DNA of 64,000 nt, taken from contig JBLDXI010000045.1 of assembly GCA_047495785.1 (NCBI GenBank), positions 744,001 to 808,000 of the forward strand, read 5' to 3'. Below the pieces are notes generated by a model. That model saw nothing but the letters and a program-made list of their open reading frames with translations, ran no database searches and was not told where the DNA came from. The position numbers and the translations under genes were made by a program. Every line of letters starts with the position of its first letter. Position 1 is the stretch's first letter. This DNA comes from Lepidodermella squamata (taxonomy: Eukaryota > Animalia > Gastrotricha). Shown piece after piece: positions 59,001-64,000 of the stretch.

Positions 59001-62000
59001 GGTCGATTGCTGGCCGACCCTTAGCACAATGTTATGCGGCGACGCCTTCTTTTCATCGTCGTCGTCGAAACCGGGTGGGGGTGGGGGTAGAACTACGACG
59101 AAATCGCCGGTTGCCGGCAATTTCACCGTCGCAGCGGCTTTCGAGTTCGGCCCAACGTCGACCCGCAGCGCAGTCGACGGTTGAACCTTAACAGCCGTTG
59201 TCATGAGTGGTTGCTGTTCCTCTCCTTTTTCGTCCTTTTTCGTCTGCTGTTGAATATGCGGTGCAGAAGTTGCTAATTGTGTCGTGCAGATAGATAATTC
59301 GGGAGTAGTAGTAGCATCGGGTAAAAGCTGGTTATTGTTACTAGTAGTAGTAGTACTGCTATTGACGGATTTATCCTCGTCAGGTAATGCCGAATCGCTA
59401 TATATCAGCACAGTCGATTGCGGAGGCGCGATACTTTCCGCCGATTCCTCTTTTTCAACAAGCGACTGGCACGACTCGGTCTTCTCTAATACAGATTGCT
59501 GTAAAAAGAAACACAGAAAAAATTATGAAAAAATTGTAGAAAAATATTTGCGAAATGGTTTTAGTGGGAAAAAGGGCAAGGTCGAAACCAAAAGCGTTTT
59601 TAATATTGTTGTAAAAAGACTCTGGGGTTATTTCGATTAAAAATCTGCGTTATATCGTCAGTTAATTCTGGCGTGACCTACTAATGCCAGCAATTACTTT
59701 TACAATATTTACAACTCGGGATGATTGTTTGCTTGTTTGTTTGGTATATTTCCGTTACGCGTCACGAACCCAACACCTGTGAAGTGTGCAATTATGTGTT
59801 GTACACATGACAACGCCTTTCCGTCGCGATGAAAGCAGTGCGTGCGACTCAACAACATACATGAACTAGGTATAACACCGGCGACGGTAACTCCTCACAA
59901 CAGTACAAAACCAAAACGTCAAAGGTGCCGGTGATAATGAAAGGCGGTGGTGAATCGCCGTGGTGGTGGTGGTGCCCAAACAGCGCGTGGTTGTTGGTAA
60001 TAGCGTGTCGTTAAGTGCCCAGAAAATGGCGTGCATCGTGATGAGATCGAGCTATTAAGATGAGATATATCATGTCACAGTTTTAGGTACGATCGCGACA
60101 CGTAAAAATGATAAGGAAGAATTCGTGAATCATAGCGAGACTTGAAACATTATCAACTTTTTTAAGGCGAACTCGACTGCTGATGGCGAGATGGGAAGTT
60201 CCCAGACTTGTCTAAATTAATCGAATAGCATGCAGAAGAGAGAGAAGAGATATTATATTAATAAAATTGGCTGCTTATTTTTTGGCAAAATTGTGCGTTA
60301 TTGCAATAAAAATTAGAAAATTGTGCAAAATTGTGCGAATGTTATTAAATTATTTTTTCAGATTATTCGTGATTTTTCAAGCAGCTCTAGCTTGCCGCGT
60401 GATGTTATACGGTTATAAAGATGTATTTACTCCGAATAAATAAGGACTGGATGGCGATGCGAGAGAGATCCTAAGCTGCAAGCTCGCCATAGGCGTCTGT
60501 TTAAAATCCAAAAAATCCAGCTTAATTTTTGAAGAAATTACTATAAATTTCAAGTGATTTTTTTGTGAAGCAGCCAATTTTTGTTGATGATGACGGATGA
60601 GCTTAATAATATAAGGAGGCAGGTGAGAAATACGAAAAGGAAGACTGGACAATAAATATAGCGTAAAAAGAGACCTGATCTCAACTGTTTCAAGGTGATA
60701 GCTATGTTAAATTTGTTAAATAATTATTTAGATAGCGATAGCAGCTAATATGTTGATTATTGTTGAGATTATTAGAGGCTTTTTGTGAAACAACTTTTTT
60801 CGAATCTACTAACGGGGTAGATTTCTGCCACGTCCGACGCGATTGCAACAGTCTGTTCTGTTGCCTAAAGCACGGCGATGGCTCGCGATACGGGTGCAGC
60901 ATGTACTCGTGGCACGTCGTGTATTGCTGTTGATAGCGACAGGAGTACGACGACGACGACGACCCGGTGGGCATCGGCCTCGCTGCAGGCGGCAGCACGG
61001 TGTTAACGTTGAACAAAATTCTGGGCCTGTAGCCTTCACCGACCTGATTTCATACACAAGTCACACGGCCCATTATCAATCAATCAATATCAAAGAAAAT
61101 TTTTGGCAAAAAATTCAACTACAACTGGTTATTCAAAGAAACCCTACTCGAAATTATTACAACGCCAAGTTCCATATAGTAAAGTTCAGGTGATCAAATT
61201 TGTATACAGCAGTGTGAGATGTTCATTAAAGTAAATTGATTACATAATTTCATTAAATCAACTACAGTTAAATTGTGAAATTTAAGAGATAGAAAAGAAA
61301 GATCACTACTTGATAGACGGTGCAATGACGTGGTGCTCTTCTACACTGTTAACAGTTCGGATATTTAATTTTTTATAAGAAAATGACTTTAGGGGTAACA
61401 CTTGGAAATAAGGGATTTTTTTTAGTAGGAAATGAACTAAAATTGTCTTGTTAGGGGAGCGGCTTGGATTAATTTTTACCTCGTTCGAACTCTTGCTGCG
61501 CGAAAGTCCAGAATCTCCCGGATTGTAATGCGGAGGCTCCTAAAAATTCAATAAAAATTTCAAAAATTCCCATTTTTCTAGCGACTAACAGGTCTCCTTA
61601 TAGGTTCAGGTGCTGGTCTTGGTCTGTGATAAACAACGTATTCCTCGTAAGTTGTACGATCGCTGGCTGACGAGCTCTGAAAATAACCGAAATATAATTG
61701 ATACGAAACGGCTGAACTGTAACAAACCGATGAAGGTTTCTTCTTAAGCTTTTCGCCATATTTATCGCCATATTTATCGCCCGATGTAGACATCACAACC
61801 ATCTGAAGAGAAAATAAGAATGCATAATTTAGCTCAAGTCGGCAGGCAAATACCGAAAATAAATAGAACAGAAGAGGTTCCACTAATAACTAATAAAATA
61901 ACGATCCAGTTTCACAAGGCGGGCATGCCGAGTTCATTCTACTGTGAATGGTTCCCATAATAAGTAGTTGTGTTATTGACGATAAACAAAATGATATATA

Positions 62001-64000
62001 AAAACACGGTTTCCAATCACATGGAATGCGGTTATTCATGAAGACGAAGTGAAAAATACGTGCATAGTCATTAATTATCGTGCGATTATAAAAATATCAG
62101 CAGCGTAAACCAAAGTCAACAAAATAATTGTCTACCCATATAATTAGGCAGATGACAAAACCACAGCGTCGCAAGTGCGATAAACCTACATTACGCTCGA
62201 CAGGAGCACTCGATTGAGGAGCCGTCTCTATTACCGGCTCTTTCACCGAGCCCGAACTGCTGCCGTCGCCGCCAGGTTGTGGCAACGGCTCTTCAGCGTC
62301 GGGCTTTTTCTTCATTAAGGAATGGAACGATAGCTATGCGATTGGTAAATATAAATAATCATAATGTATGACTATCTGATCGACTAATACAGGATATAAT
62401 AAACACATTTGCATTCTCAATGACGGCGCTCGACGAATAGGAGTGATTTTTAGGGTGTAAATATGTAAATTAGGGTGTCGATATTTGGGAAACATACCTT
62501 TACGTTGCCGTAATGAGTTTCGAAGGCTGATCGCAAGCTTGGAGCGAAACGCCATTTAGCGTCTGAAAGCTGCTTCAAAAGCCAGTCAGCTTGACGGTAA
62601 GCCAACTGAAGTCGCCATGAAGCGTGGTTCTACAATTAAAATATAAAAATAATTAAACAAGCTAAAATTTCACACCCAAAGAGAAAGATTTGTTCTAGGG
62701 CTAATTTTGAAGAGAAAATAAATTCAATTTTCGGGATTTAATGGGGAGTTATTCCGACGTGCAAAAATAAAATGCGATTGTTCTTGAGTTCAAGCGGTTA
62801 AAAAATCCTTAACCGAATTTACCTCGACTTATCATGATTATAAAAAGGTGGAATATCCGATTTTCTGAATAAAGACCAATATTTATAACCCCAATATTTT
62901 CGCAACTACCAAGGCGGGGATATTTTTTAATTTAATCAGAAATTACCTGGAATTTATCGAAATCGCTATCAGCATAAGGCACCAGTTCTGTGGTGCAGTT
63001 ATCCAAGTCTTGCAAAACGTCCTTCAAAGCCGACAACGCGAATTTAGCCACAACACTCGAATACTCGAGATCAGAGATGCGGCCCATCGCGTTGTCGATG
63101 GTCGCGAGCGACGACGGGCGGGCCTGGCGCGAAGCACCCAGCTCCGGGTCGAACGTTCGTTTAATCTTATCCAGCAAATAATCAATCTCAACCCGCAGAT
63201 TACGCCGAGTTGCCGAGGTCGCCAAACCAAGCGGTCGCAGGTCGAGCGTAGTCGAGCGGATCCGTTCAACGCAGACAAGGCGCTGCGCGAAATTTTCACT
63301 TTCACGCAACTCAGCCGCTCGGCGATTCGCGTCCTGCTTCGCCGTTGAAACGCCGCTGGCGAGGCGAGACGACAACTGCCGGCTGTCGACGACAATCCAG
63401 CCGAAACGAGCGGCTAGAACTTCAGCCTCAACGAACAGCTTATCACGATGCGTTCGGCTGTCGGTCTTGAAGTAATCGCGGCATTGCTGCGACAACAAAT
63501 CAGCGTTTTTCGCGATGTCATTCGCTTCGATTTGCAGCGTTTCAAGCTGTTCGTCCGGCGAAAGAGTTGTCACGGGCGTTGTTGGCGGGGTCGCCATCAC
63601 CCGGTCGACAACTGACCGCAGTTTCCTCAACCGTTCGTTCAACTGCTGCTCAGCGCTGACGAAGTGACTCCACGCGGTGGCGTAGTCATTTCGCCGGTTT
63701 TTCTGCGACTCCAGCGACTTCTGAACATTCGCGATAGCTTGAAGAGCTGAATTCAGCTGATCACGATATTCAGCCCCGGATGGGTCGTTGCCGGAGTTCA
63801 GCTGATAAGCCAGGCTTTTCAGGCCATCGATCGCCTCAGACATCTGCGAGTCGAACTCTTTATCATGCAAGCAGCACTCATCAGATAGACACAAATGAGG
63901 CTTTGAAGCTGAATTCGTGATGTCAAGCAGGCGAACTAAGAAACTGGCGAACGATCGAACCGCCTCGCCGGAAGACTGGACCAAATTGTTCTGCAATTCC
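53033..64000 (-). CDS. Giant KASH-domain protein (nesprin-like), 3' portion; 5' end lies beyond the window
   Basis: C-terminal TM helix plus luminal CELQNNLRRSLTLMLTYQQGPPPI*. Helical, spectrin-repeat-like segments at 62946-64000 and about 54000-55700. A phase-0 chain of small exons (61.5-62.6 kb) joins a 5568-nt exon (53931-59498) and the last exon (53033-53770). Confidence 0.9.
53775..53916. repeat. Extremely AT-rich (TAAAT)n-like low-complexity intron
   Basis: About 140 nt of almost pure A/T with a taaattaaattaaattaaat run, between the giant exon and the KASH exon. Confidence 0.85.
60702..61043 (-). CDS. Candidate alternative terminal exon of the KASH gene
   Basis: CAG acceptor (AG at 61044-61045) in phase 0, matching the upstream donor near 61480, followed by 113 open codons and a stop. 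Confidence 0.4.
   Translation of the reverse strand, partial: VGEGYRPRILFNVNTVLPPAARPMPTGSSSSSYSCRYQQQYTTCHEYMLHPYREPSPCFRQQNRLLQSRRTWQKSTPLVDSKKVVSQKASNNLNNNQHISCYRYLNNYLTNLT

Noticed and set aside
1-64000. Prokaryotic features such as CRISPR arrays, defence operons or rRNA
   Set aside because: None seen. The window is spliceosomal-intron-rich animal DNA throughout.

Overview
Gene-dense genomic DNA from an invertebrate animal with a compact genome: mostly 40-60 nt GT-AG introns, abundant CpG, and no bacterial features. The species cannot be determined from the sequence. Genes in order: RCC1-repeat gene, small orphan ORF, claudin/PMP22-like tetraspan, small RIIa/Dpy-30-type dimerization-docking gene, multi-exon ankyrin gene, two-pore K+ channel, intronless ankyrin gene, glycogen phosphorylase, the head-to-head splicing factors SART1 and SNW1, UDP-glucose dehydrogenase, BRMS1-like, and CEP192 (with a 1.7-kb Sola-like non-autonomous DNA transposon in its last intron). 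An accessory island at about 45.4-51.9 kb holds a TIR-only gene, a secreted WAP protein, a tandem duplication of a sushi/mucin gene with a captured ureohydrolase 3' fragment at the junction, and tRNA-Met. The window ends in the 3' part of a giant KASH/nesprin gene. Strongest leads: (1) a single 5.57-kb nesprin exon carrying about 900 aa of tandem motifs resembling dynein-light-chain (LC8) binding sites; (2) the immune-like accessory island, with a duplication breakpoint at the first bases of the tRNA, a diverged CCP loop and a frameshift-derived C-terminus. All exon structures were worked out by hand and all homology calls are from recognised motifs, not database searches.
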